Positions 1 to 10,189 of a stretch of 16,190 nt of DNA are shown here, piece by piece. Made by a program: the position numbers and the translations under genes. Source of the DNA: Octopus sinensis (taxonomy: Eukaryota). How positions within the stretch are numbered: the stretch's first letter is position 1; each line of letters opens with the position of its first letter. Where the stretch lies: NCBI RefSeq assembly GCF_006345805.1, contig NW_021825185.1:1-16190 (forward strand). The letters run 5' to 3'. The notes beneath the pieces are model-generated. The model made no database searches. It was not told where the DNA came from and saw nothing but the letters and a program-made list of their open reading frames with translations.

Positions 1-229
1 AAAGAAAAAACGGTTGAGAACCAGTGGTGATGGTAAGAGATGTTAAGGTCAACCGCTTTTATCTCTTTCCACAGAAATCAGTTCTGAAACAATTCCCTAC
101 CGCGGTCGACTTTACTTTTTGTTTGACCAAGTAGAGACCCCTACATGGATGTTGTTATTATTGTTGTTGTTGTTGTTATCGTTTCTTAGGCATGTATTAT
201 GTGTCCATATTCGGAATTTTATTACATTA

Positions 230-581
230 CACTAGTTCCTCCTCCTCGCCTCCTCGCCTCGCCTCCCCTCTCCTCCCCTCCTCTTCCCCCTCTTCCTCTT
301 CCCTTTTCATCCTTCTTCCTCTCCCCCACATCCCATCCTATCCCCCACCACCTCCTCTCCCGCTCTTCCCCTCCCCTCCCCTCCTCCTCATCCTCATCAT
401 CACCACCGCTACCACCACTTCTACAACACCGCATCATTATCACCTCTACCTCTACCTCCTCTTCCTGTTCCGTCACCACCATCATCACTAACATCACCAC
501 CGGCCAACTTCTCTTCCTCCTCCTCCTCCTCCTCCCACTTATCGTCGTCGTCGTCGTCGTCATCATCATCATCATCATCAT

Positions 582-618
<37 letters not shown>

Positions 619-930
619 ACATCATCATCCCTTCAAGCACTCGCTTCTCCACTACAACCACCACTGCCACACCACCACCATCATCGTTATCATCATCTTC
701 ATCGTCATCATTGTTGTCATCGACGTTAACCTCATCATCTCTTCTTCTTCTTCTTCTTCTTCTTCTTCTTCTTCTTCTTCTTCTTCTTCTTTTTCCTCTC
801 CCCTCCCCCTCCTCCTCATAATCATCATGACTTTTCTCCGTCTTCATTTTCATTTTTCTATCATTTACCATCGTCGTCGTCGTCATCCTCATCATCATCA
901 TCGTCATCATCCTCTTCTTCAATCTCCATC
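230..930. repeat. Compound pyrimidine-rich simple-repeat tract (CCT/CCCCT, ACC, GTC, CAT, CTT)
   Basis: Directly visible: (CAT)n at about 560-620 and (CTT)n at about 738-790. It accounts for the poly-S/P/M/R ORFs in 192-1048. Confidence 0.95.
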
Positions 931-1269
931 TTTTCGTCCTCTTCCTGTGAAACGTTCCGATGACAGCTACCGTTTCTAGAAGGTCTCTCCTGCTGTTAAT
1001 TTCGAAGCCATATTGTAAGATGTCGTCTGCCTTGTCAAAAAACGTCAAATGAAAATTTCAATATCATTTTTTTTCACTCTTCTGAGACAAAATCCAATAA
1101 AAAATGTAAAAGAAACAACACCAACACCAACATGCCTTTAGCCCACCCCCCGCCTCACCCATCCCACACCCCGCTTCATGGCTTTATTAACTTCCTAAGT
1201 TGTCACGAGGTCACGAAAATAGCATGAGGTAGTGGCAGTGGGGTCGACGGTGGTACAGAAGTTAGTTAT

Positions 1270-1310
1270 AATCAATTACATCGACCCCAGTGTGTCACTG
1301 GTATTTTTGT
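1270..1310 (-). mobile_element. Short fragment of SINE-like family B
   Basis: atcaattacatcgaccccagtgtgtcactggtattt is the approximate reverse complement of aaagtaccattcaaacactgagatcgatgtaatcgac at about 2493-2530. Confidence 0.55.
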
Positions 1311-1473
1311 ATTTCATTTCTTATGGAGGCACGAAAATGTTATGTTCATATTTCGGTTGGTTTCTGGATTGGAATTCCAAACACAACTGACGAAACCTCA
1401 CAAGGATTTGAGGTTACCATTTCTCCAGACTTTTACCATTCCACTGTTAATACAGGTTATAGTAGTTTAACTT

Positions 1474-1556
1474 CCTTTCTTTATTTGTTTCAGTTATTAG
1501 ACTGCGGCCATGCTGGGGCACCGCCTTGAAGAATTTTTAGTCGGACGAACTGACCC
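1474..1556 (-). mobile_element. 3' tail fragment of tRNA-headed SINE family A (5'-truncated)
   Basis: tttatttgtttcagttattagactgcggccatgctggggcaccgccttgaag matches the tail ends at 9321-9380 and 3027-3085, and the reverse complement of 2270-2346. Confidence 0.85.
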
Positions 1557-1616
1557 TTAAGCCTTTTTTTAAGCCTTTGTGTCTATTGCAGAAATATAAC
1601 CATTACACATATAAGT

Positions 1617-2346
<730 letters not shown>

Positions 2347-2451
2347 AAAATATTTTAACAACAAAATCCTATATAGACACCCCCACCACCAAGTGTTATA
2401 CAGGCCCCGGTTGAAGACCATTGACTTAGACTGACGCAGCTCTCCTAGGTC

Positions 2452-2560
2452 CCGTTTCAAATTTGCCTTTCATCCTTTCGTGGTCGATAACATAAAGTAC
2501 CATTCAAACACTGAGATCGATGTAATCGACTTGCACCTCCTCTCCTCAAAGTTGTTGGAC
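2452..2560 (+). mobile_element. SINE-like family B fragment
   Basis: tttgcctttcatcctttcgtggtcgataacataaagtacc...gatcgatgtaatcgacttgcacctcc. There is an inverted partial copy at 1270-1310 and a possible decayed piece at about 81-115. It resembles a common octopus repeat (from memory). Confidence 0.7.
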
Positions 2561-2607
2561 ACCACAAGACCCTTCAGACTCCTGCAATTGTGGATAGAAG
2601 AGGCAAA

Positions 2608-2806
2608 ATGAGGCAGCCTCGATGGATTAAGAGTAGGATGCGAAAAGGTAGCGAATGGTGTTCGTTTATTTTGACCACCGAACACGATCCGCTGTGCCTT
2701 GCAAGATTTAGGCCTCGTACGGTGTTGTTGGTTCTACTCTCGACCTCTTTCATTTTTATGTTTATTCTTTCTGTCTTCAACAGCGACACCACTGTCTCTT
2801 TCAAGT
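2608..2806 (+). CDS. Candidate first coding exon: type II membrane (signal-anchor) protein N-terminus
   Basis: Non-repetitive, relatively GC/CpG-rich island. ATG lies in a GGCAAAATGA context. Translation is MRQPRWIKSRMRKGSEWCSFILTTEHDPLCLARFRPRTVLLVLLSTSFIFMFILSVFNSDTTVSFK, a basic stretch followed by a 19-20 aa hydrophobic helix (2722-2778). Possible acceptor ccttcag|2578 and donor GT at 2807. No family recognised. Confidence 0.4.
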
Positions 2807-2809
2807 GTA

Positions 2810-3015
2810 CGAGGAGTTCCTGGCTTTCAGTAAAAGAAAATACAGGAGGATCGGTTAATTATGATTTTATTCAATATATTCCCGTCTCAGATTCACGCAT
2901 TTATTCAAGCGGTCCTTCAGTTTTTCTAAACCCTCTAAAAGAACTCGGAAGGTAGGCCGTCTCACCTGGTCTTTTGCGATACCCTTAAAACCAGGAACTT
3001 TCCAACACCCCTTCG
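2810..3015. mobile_element. Tc1/mariner-type MITE, copy 1
   Basis: TA at 2808-2809 and 3016-3017. Left TIR CGAGG(deletion)AGTTCCTGGCTTT and right TIR AAAACCAGGAACTTTCCAACACCCCTTCG. The interior aligns end to end with 3704-3916. Confidence 0.85.
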
Positions 3016-3026
3016 TATGTATGTAT

Positions 3027-3262
3027 ATTCTTTTATTCTTTTACTTGTTTTTGACTGTGGCCATGCTGGAGCACCGCCTTTAGTCCAACAAATCGACCCC
3101 AAGACTTATTCTTTGTAAACCTGGATCCTTATTGTATCTTACTTTTTTGCCGAACTGCTAAGTTACAGGGACGTGAACACACTAGCATCGGTTGTCAAGC
3201 GATTGTGGGGACAAACACCACACACACACACACACACCACACACACACACAAACATATACAC

Positions 3263-3337
<75 letters not shown>

Positions 3338-3492
3338 CGGGCTTCTTTCCGTTTCTGTCTACCATATCCACCCACAAGGCTTTGGTTGGCTTGAGGCTAT
3401 AGTAGAAGACACTTGCCCAAGGTGTCGCGCTGTGGGACTGAACCTGGAACCATGTGGGTGTGAAGCGAGCTTCTTAACACACAACCACTCCT
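3027..3492 (-). mobile_element. Full-length tRNA-headed SINE family A, copy 2
   Basis: Reverse complement of 1617-2346: tail 3027-3205, CA/TA microsatellite about 3206-3337, head 3338-3492 (agtagaagacacttgcccaagg...gggactgaacc...cttcttaacacacaaccac). Confidence 0.92.
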
Positions 3493-3654
3493 ATATTTCC
3501 AAAGTTAGAGAAGGGCAAAACAGACGAAATCTGGGTGAAAACATAAGGGACAAAAAAGGGGGACAAAAACACGATACAAGGATCAATCGCAGCTGGTTTT
3601 CGCATCAGCTGATTTCCGAGACGCCTGAGTGGTTTTACGCTTTTATGTATGTGC

Positions 3655-3695
<41 letters not shown>

Positions 3696-3703
3696 CGTGC
3701 GTA

Positions 3704-3916
3704 TGAGGGGGTGCTGAAAAATTCCTGGCTTTTGATAAAAGAAAATGCAGGAGGGTGAATTAATTATGATTTTATCCAACATATTCCACTTTCAGATTCA
3801 CACACTGGAGTGGTCCTTTAGTTTTCTAAGCCTTGTAAAAGAACTGGGAAGGTTGGGCCTCCAACCAGGCCTTTTGCGATACCCTTAAAGCCAGGGACGT
3901 TTCAGTGGCCCTCTCG
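3704..3916. mobile_element. Tc1/mariner-type MITE, copy 2
   Basis: TA at 3702-3703 and 3917-3918. TIRs TGAGGGGGTGCTGAAAAATTCCTGGCTTT and AAAGCCAGGGACGTTTCAGTGGCCCTCTCG. Direct copy of 2810-3015 with no coding capacity. Confidence 0.88.
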
Positions 3917-4029
3917 TACAAACTTCAACTCAAGCACCATTTCAGAAAGTTTTCCTTCTACTTTTGACCCCTATATCCTGCTCACTCTTTCATCCTCTTG
4001 TGTTGCTCCGTAAAATGTTATAATAGACT

Positions 4030-4230
4030 CGTGAAAATCCATCTGGGTTTCGTTGTTTTCAGAAGAGTACAAAAGATCCACCACGTTGATTGCAGTATCG
4101 TGAATTAAAAAAGAACTACATCTGCACCCAGATCGACACGTCTTCAAGATGGTCAACAAATATCAGGGTGGATGAGACAAAATTTTTGGTAAAAATCGAA
4201 GTGGCTTCTTATTCTACGATTAATATAATG
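4030..4230 (+). pseudogene. Highly decayed Tc1/mariner transposase fragment (catalytic domain, maT-like)
   Basis: Frameshift-tolerant reading gives PSGFR..SEEYKR..L.AVS*IKK / KNYICTQ(D) / GWMRQNFW*KSKW..YS..N.M. This follows the order of the family pattern FPxGxRL...Y...VxPW...NYxxxQDGAPxH...W...FW...WPPxSPDLNPxD. Confidence 0.6.
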
Positions 4231-4510
4231 ATGATGATGATGATGATGATGATCGTGGTGGTAGTAACGGTGTTTGTAGTACTATTGCTGTTGTTGTTGT
4301 TCTTGTTGCTGATGGTGATGATGGTAGTGGCGGTTGTGGTGATGAAGATGACGATAATGATGATGACGACAATGACGACGACGACGATGATGATGATGGT
4401 AAGAACGACGAAATTACCGAGCACACACTTTAAAATGCGATGGAAGCAAAATTAACAGCAGCAACTACAGCAGCAGCAGCAGCAACAACAACAACAACAA
4501 CAACAACATG
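4228..4510. repeat. Compound trinucleotide repeats (GAT/GGT/GAC, then CAG/CAA)
   Basis: Directly visible. Confidence 0.9.
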
Positions 4511-4786
4511 AACCACAGTAACAACCACTATAAAAACAACGCGAAAACATACAAAAAAGGAGGAAAAATATAAATGAAAAACTGCAACAAAAATCGAAAA
4601 GAAAAACTGAAGAGATAAAGTCGCTGTGCTTGCTAATTTTCATTGGAGATTATCTGAACGGAGAGTTATAGGGTAAAAGTACATAAAATTTAGCCGAATC
4701 TACTTTCTTGAACAATATTCCAGATTACTGGAAGGAAATTTAGCCGGAAAATAGCTTTTGAAGCTAGTAAAAATATTTATGTTACA

Positions 4787-5241
4787 GATAGAAGGATATG
4801 AGATTGGAAAGATATAAAGATGGGTTTAAAGATATATCTTGATAGATAATTAGCCTGATAGGTAGGTTGATAAGGAGACAAGTTGATTGAGAGAGAGAGA
4901 GAGATAGATTAGATAGATAGATTGATAGATTACTTGATGGGTTGATAGAAAGATCGATAGATTGATAAAGAACTAGACAGGACAGAGAGATGGATTGATA
5001 GATAAGTAGATAGAGGGATAGATAAGCTGATAGAACGATAGATTGATAAAGAAATAGATATTTAGATAGATAGATATATAGATAGGTAGATAGATAAATT
5101 GACTGATAAATATGTAGACAGGTTGATAAAAAGATCAATAGACTGATTGAAATAGAGAGAAATTGATAAAGAAATAAATATTTAGATAGATAGATATTCA
5201 GACAGACAGATAGACAGACAAATAGATAGACAGAGAGATAC

Positions 5242-5288
<47 letters not shown>

Positions 5289-6105
5289 AGATAGATAGAT
5301 AGATAGATAGATAGACAGACAGGACAGAGAAATGGACAGTTAGATAAGGACATAGGATATTAAGATGAAGATGAGTAGATGGACTTATAATGTATAGATG
5401 GGTGGTTAGATAGATAAATAGATAGATATATAAATAGATTGATATATAGATAGGTTGGTAGGTAGATACGATGGATAGAGAGATCCTTAGATTAACACAC
5501 ACACAAACACAAACACACACACAAACACACACATTGATATTAAAATATATAGAAGACTTTATTGACAGGTAGATAGATAAATAGCTACCTAGCTAGATAT
5601 GTTGATTGAGAAATAGAGATAGCTAGATGAGATGGATACACGGATAAGTGAAAATATATGTAGATGGTTAATAGTTAGACATATATATATATATATAGAT
5701 AGGTAGATAGATAAACAGACAGATAGATATATAGGGAAAAAGGGTAGATAAGTTAGATAGGTTTATAAATATGTTGATGCAAAGTTAGCTTAACAGATTA
5801 ATTGATTGATTGATTGAGAAATACGTAACTGGATATTTCGATTAATTGATATATAAATTGCAGTACAGACAGATAATTCATTAGTAGACACAGAGACAGA
5901 TAGATGGGTGAATAAAATGGATAAAGTACATAAGTTGGATAGATAGATAGATAATGCGTGTGACAGATATATAGATGGCTATACCGATAGGGAGTTAAGT
6001 ATATAAACAAAGATGGATAGCTAGCTAGCTAGATATATAAATAGCGATAGATGGACATTGATAAATGGATAGGTAGAGAGACAAATAGATAGAATGATAA
6101 ACTGC

Positions 6106-6190
<85 letters not shown>

Positions 6191-6284
6191 CAAACAACTA
6201 AGGACAGATAAAAAAAAAGTTAGAATGTTAGATACATTTATGACTATTTGGATCGATAGCATGTAGACTGCATAGATACCTAGA
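4787..6284. repeat. About 1.5 kb degenerate (GATA)n satellite, with pure runs at about 5245-5315 and 6107-6190
   Basis: Directly visible; source of the SIYL ORFs. Confidence 0.95.
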
Positions 6285-6767
6285 TACATGGATACTGTAG
6301 TCAAACTCTGGCTGGAGAGAATTGCTGCTGGAAGGGCGTATGAGCGGCAGCAGGATGCGGTTCCTAATCATAACTCACAAAAAAGTCGGACGTGGTTGTC
6401 GAAGCAATTTTATGACTTAACCAGCCCCGATTTCTTGCCTCTTGATCCCCAACGACTGTAATCCCATGGATTACTGTGTGGAGCGCGGTTGGAAAAGGCA
6501 CCAACCACTCTCTGCAACAAGACTGAGCTGGTGGCCAAAATCAGGGAGGTGCGTGAAGATCTTTGCGGGGGACACAAGTCAGAAACGCAAGCGTCAGGTT
6601 CCAGAGCCGTCTTGAGTCAATGGTGGAAGCTGAGGACAGCTACTTTGAGACAATTGTTATTTTCCAACCATAATCTCGTTGTCATTTTTTGATTATAAAT
6701 AAAAGTATTTTATCATATGAGATAAGGTGTTCTCTTTTCATTTAATACAAACTGCCAAGTTTATGTA
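6285..6767 (+). pseudogene. DD37D (maT-type) Tc1/mariner transposase C-terminal remnant with probable degraded right end
   Basis: MDTVVKLWLERIAAGRAYERQQDAVPNHNSQKSRTWLSKQFYDLTSPDF, then after frameshifts DCNPMDYCV, CNKTELVAKIREV and RNASVRFQSRLESMVEAEDSYFE. The second D (6354) and third D (6469) are separated by 112 nt, i.e. 37 codons plus a 1-nt insertion. Confidence 0.88.
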
Positions 6768-7039
6768 GCTAGACATGATAGAAATAACAACTGAATCGCC
6801 CTCGAATGGCAGCCTACAGTAATATGTATGTATATACGTATGTATGAGCCATGAAAAGAGACACCTATGTGGCACAACAATATGCTAGAAATGGCAATCA
6901 ACACCAACCTACATGTAGCTAGACCTGATAAGCAAATCTCTTTCAAACAACGTCTTACCGTTTTATGTTATGATCTGTGTGTGCATGGTTATATGTATGT
7001 ATTTATGGTTGTATATATGCAGATGTATACGTACAAACA

Positions 7040-7042
<3 letters not shown>

Positions 7043-7130
<88 letters not shown>

Positions 7131-7266
7131 TTAGTTAGCTATGTATGTATGTATGTATGTATGTATGTATGTATGTATGTATGTATGTATGTATGTATCT
7201 GTCTGTCTGTCTGTTTTTCTGTCTACCTACCTATCTACTTACCTACCTACCTACCTACCTACCTAC

Positions 7267-7340
<74 letters not shown>

Positions 7341-7378
7341 CTCTCTCTCTCTCTCTCTATTTATCTAGCTAGCTAGCT
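7043..7378. repeat. Compound tetranucleotide microsatellite (CTAT)n-(GTAT)n-(CTGT)n-(CTAC)n-(CTAT)n-(CT)n
   Basis: Directly visible. Confidence 0.95.
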
Positions 7379-7942
7379 ATTACAATTACAAGACGAACGT
7401 GCAAATAGTATTAGCTTCTAATCCCGACAAAGATCCAGATTATCCTCATGACAGTTGTTTGACTATTTCTAGCATGGACAGACCATACAACCTGAAGATA
7501 ACCCACATCATTGACTGAACTTAAAAACAATAGGAGTTACACTTTCACCATCCAATTTAGTGTTTGCTCTACATCAACACACGAACAATCTCAACAATCA
7601 GTGCGAATTAAAATTTAAAAAATCCCGATGGCTGTTATAATTTTGCACGCTACACTAAAATCTAGCATTTCTTTGGAGCAAAGCCGAACAATCTCAAAGA
7701 TTATGTTCCCTTATATACATCAATGTATGAAAAACTACATTGGTGACGACAGCATCTAATTTTATCCGTTATTCTAGCATATCAGGTTCGTCTACAATAA
7801 CAAAGTTACTCGTGAATTTAATTCTGGTTAAATAATGGTTGATTTTCGTCTTTGTGAAATCTTGGGTCCCGAAAGTTTATATAAATTCTATTAAAAGAAT
7901 ATTTTTGAGTGTCTGTGTTCTTCCAGTTCATTACAAAGATAT

Positions 7943-8229
7943 AAACACACACACACACACACACAACATGTGTGTGTGTGTTTATGTATCTGTATGTATA
8001 TGTGTGCGTGCGCTCGTGTGTGTATGCGCGCGTGTGTGTATTGATAAATATCAAAGTAACAACAGGGCATTCAAGTATCACCTTAGGTAACACTTGTCTG
8101 CCTTGTTTCTTTTGATATCGAGACATTCTTTTACATCGAAAGATTTCCAAACAATCTCAATTTTCATAACATTATCCTTCAAGCAAACTACAACACTTAT
8201 ACATACACACACACAACACACACACATCT

Positions 8230-8262
<33 letters not shown>

Positions 8263-8812
8263 AAACACATATATTATTACACAAACTTACACTTATATAT
8301 AGGATTGTTTATTCAACCAGGAGAAAAAGAAAACACTACCATAAATGAGAACGCTTATATTATTTTATTGTAGCTGAGAAGTCACATTATTAACTCAAAG
8401 GTTCGTACAGTCATATATGTATATATATATATATATGTATGTATGTGTGTGTATATGTATAGATACACGCACACATACACATATATACATACACACACAT
8501 TGTTATGTGTATACATATATGTATATATATATACATACACATATGTATATATACATACATACATACACACATATATATATATATTCCATATATAGACAGA
8601 CAACTATATAAACCCACATGTATATATCAGACACATAAAAATATTTAATTCATAAATTATGCAGAATCACACCCCCATCCACGCACACACATATTGGGAG
8701 AGAAAGAGAAAGAGAGAGAGAGAGACAGAGAGAAAGAGAAGAGAAAGAGAGAGAGAAAGAGAAGAGAAAGAGAGAGAGTGAGGGAGAGAGTGTGTGTTTG
8801 AGAGAGAGAGAA
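7943..8812. repeat. Interspersed CA/TG, TA/CA and GA microsatellite blocks (about 7943-8045, 8198-8270, 8413-8600, 8698-8812)
   Basis: Directly visible, separated by short unique AT-rich spacers. Confidence 0.9.
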
Positions 8813-8966
8813 ATTAAGAGTCAATATATAAGCGTGTCAGAGAGGTTCAACCGTAAATTAATCCTCGGCAACCCACCTTGTTGTCTGCATGTCCGTATTA
8901 AAGACTTGATAAATGAAAGTGGAGGAGAATTGCTGTGTGAAATGGACACCTCATGGCTAACTGGTA

Positions 8967-9022
8967 TGCAGTGTGCAGCGTGCAGTGTGCAGCGTGCAGT
9001 GTGCAACGGGCAGTGGGCAGCC
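8967..9022. repeat. 7/14-bp minisatellite (TGCAGTG-TGCAGCG)n, with a decayed second block at about 9042-9075
   Basis: tgcagtg tgcagcg tgcagtg tgcagcg tgcagtg tgcaacg ggcagtg ggcagcc. Confidence 0.9.
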
Positions 9023-9303
9023 TGAAACGTGAGATATGTTCTGTGCCGTGTGCAGTTTGCAGTGGGCATCGGCAGATAACAATGATTTTGGAGTTATGGA
9101 GTGAAATAACGTTGGAATTGTCGTTGTTGCTGTTGTGCTTGTGGTTATGGCGGTCTTGATGGGATTATATGAAGGTTAGGTGTGTGTATGGGGTAGGTTT
9201 TACCTTAAATGGTAGTTTAGTGGTAAATCTGATGGCGTTGGTTGTCGTGAGTAGTAGTAGTAGCGGCAGCAGCAGCGGTGGGAGCAGTAGTAGGAGTAGT
9301 AGT

Positions 9304-9666
9304 CTTTTATTCTTTTACACTTTTATTCTTTTACTTGTTTCAGTCATTTGACTGCGGCCATGCTGGAGCACCGCCTTCAGCAAATCGACCGCCAGGACTT
9401 ATATTCTTTTAAAGCTTTGTACTTACTCTATCGGTATCTTTTGCTTAACTGCTAAGTTACGGGGACGTACACACCAACACCGGTTTGTCGAGCGGTGATC
9501 GGGGTACAAACACAGACACTAAGACACACACATAGACACACACACACACATACACACGGCTTTGGTCGGCGCGAGGTTATAGTAGAAGACACTTGCCCAA
9601 GGTACCATGCAGTGGGACTGAACCCGGCACCATGTGGAAGCTTCTTACCATACAACCAGGCCTGCA
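9304..9666 (-). mobile_element. tRNA-headed SINE family A, copy 3 (internal deletion of about 45 bp next to the microsatellite)
   Basis: Tail ttttacttgtttcagtcatttgactgcggccatgctggagcaccgcc, CA tract 9511-9557, head ggctttggtcggc...agtagaagacacttgcccaaggtaccatgcagtgggactgaacccgg...cttcttaccatacaacc. Confidence 0.92.
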
Positions 9667-9669
9667 CCT

Positions 9670-9683
9670 AGTAGTAGCAGCAA

Positions 9684-9769
<86 letters not shown>

Positions 9770-9940
9770 ATGGTGTTCAAGAAAATGGTGGTGGTTGTGT
9801 TGATGGTGGTGATGATGATGATTGTGGTGATGGTGATGATGATACTGATAATGATAATGATGATGAATGATGATGATAACGATGACGATGATGCTAATGA
9901 TGGTAATGATGACGATGATGATGATGATGATGGTGGTGGT
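9670..9940. repeat. (AGT)n followed by (GGT/GAT)n
   Basis: Directly visible. Confidence 0.95.
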
Positions 9941-10189
9941 GCTGTCGGAAACGAGAGGGCTGCTTTGGTTGAGTGATAATGACGATGGTTGTGAGGGCCT
10001 GTGATGGCATTCCTATTGTCGGTGACGGGGCAGCGGCGCTAGTAGTGGTTGTGACGGTAGTTTTTCAATTATAAAACATTATTCCTGTTGGCAGAAAACA
10101 CTCTCCGCCATATTGAAAACTGCTACAAATATATATATTGGCAATATAATGTAACATCAACAATGACTGTTTATTGAAGAACAGTTCAT

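Noticed and set aside
5-60. TTGAGAACCAGTG (14-26), resembling a hAT/Charlie right end, and a 12-bp inverted repeat (6-17 versus 49-60)
   Set aside because: Too short, at the window edge, with no partner TIR or 8-bp target duplication visible.
75-136. Possible + exon (ttccacag|...ISSETIPYRGRLYFLFDQ|gt)
   Set aside because: It overlaps sequence resembling a decayed SINE-B piece (gttctg...aattcc...ggtcgacttt), and the donor is weak.
869-1012. Minus-strand MASKLTAGE... plus an acidic SQEEDEKMEIEEEDDDD stretch with a GTAAAT donor, reminiscent of a piggyBac N-terminus or an acidic exon
   Set aside because: Needs a frameshift, the acidity comes from the GAT microsatellite, and there is no transposase core or TTAA/TIR support.
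192-1048. Overlapping ORFs of 99-176 aa
   Set aside because: They are translations of CCT/CAT/CTT repeats, open on both strands, with no domain-like content.
1387-1425. CTGACGA followed by a 7-bp hairpin (AACCTCA/TGAGGTT)
   Set aside because: No GAAA box after the stem, so it is not a hammerhead.
7381-7518. 45-codon open stretch YNYKTNVQIVLASNPDKDPDYPHDSC...
   Set aside because: No convincing splice sites or recognisable motif; the length is expected by chance.
7492-7525. CTGAAGA...TCATTGACTGAAC, superficially like the 13756-13801 motif
   Set aside because: No stem II pairing, GAAC instead of GAAA, and no stem III or cleavage triplet.
8792-9025. 77-aa ORF with a GTATGC donor at about 8964
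   Set aside because: Poor acceptor, starts in a GA repeat, ends in the minisatellite, and no homology is recognised.
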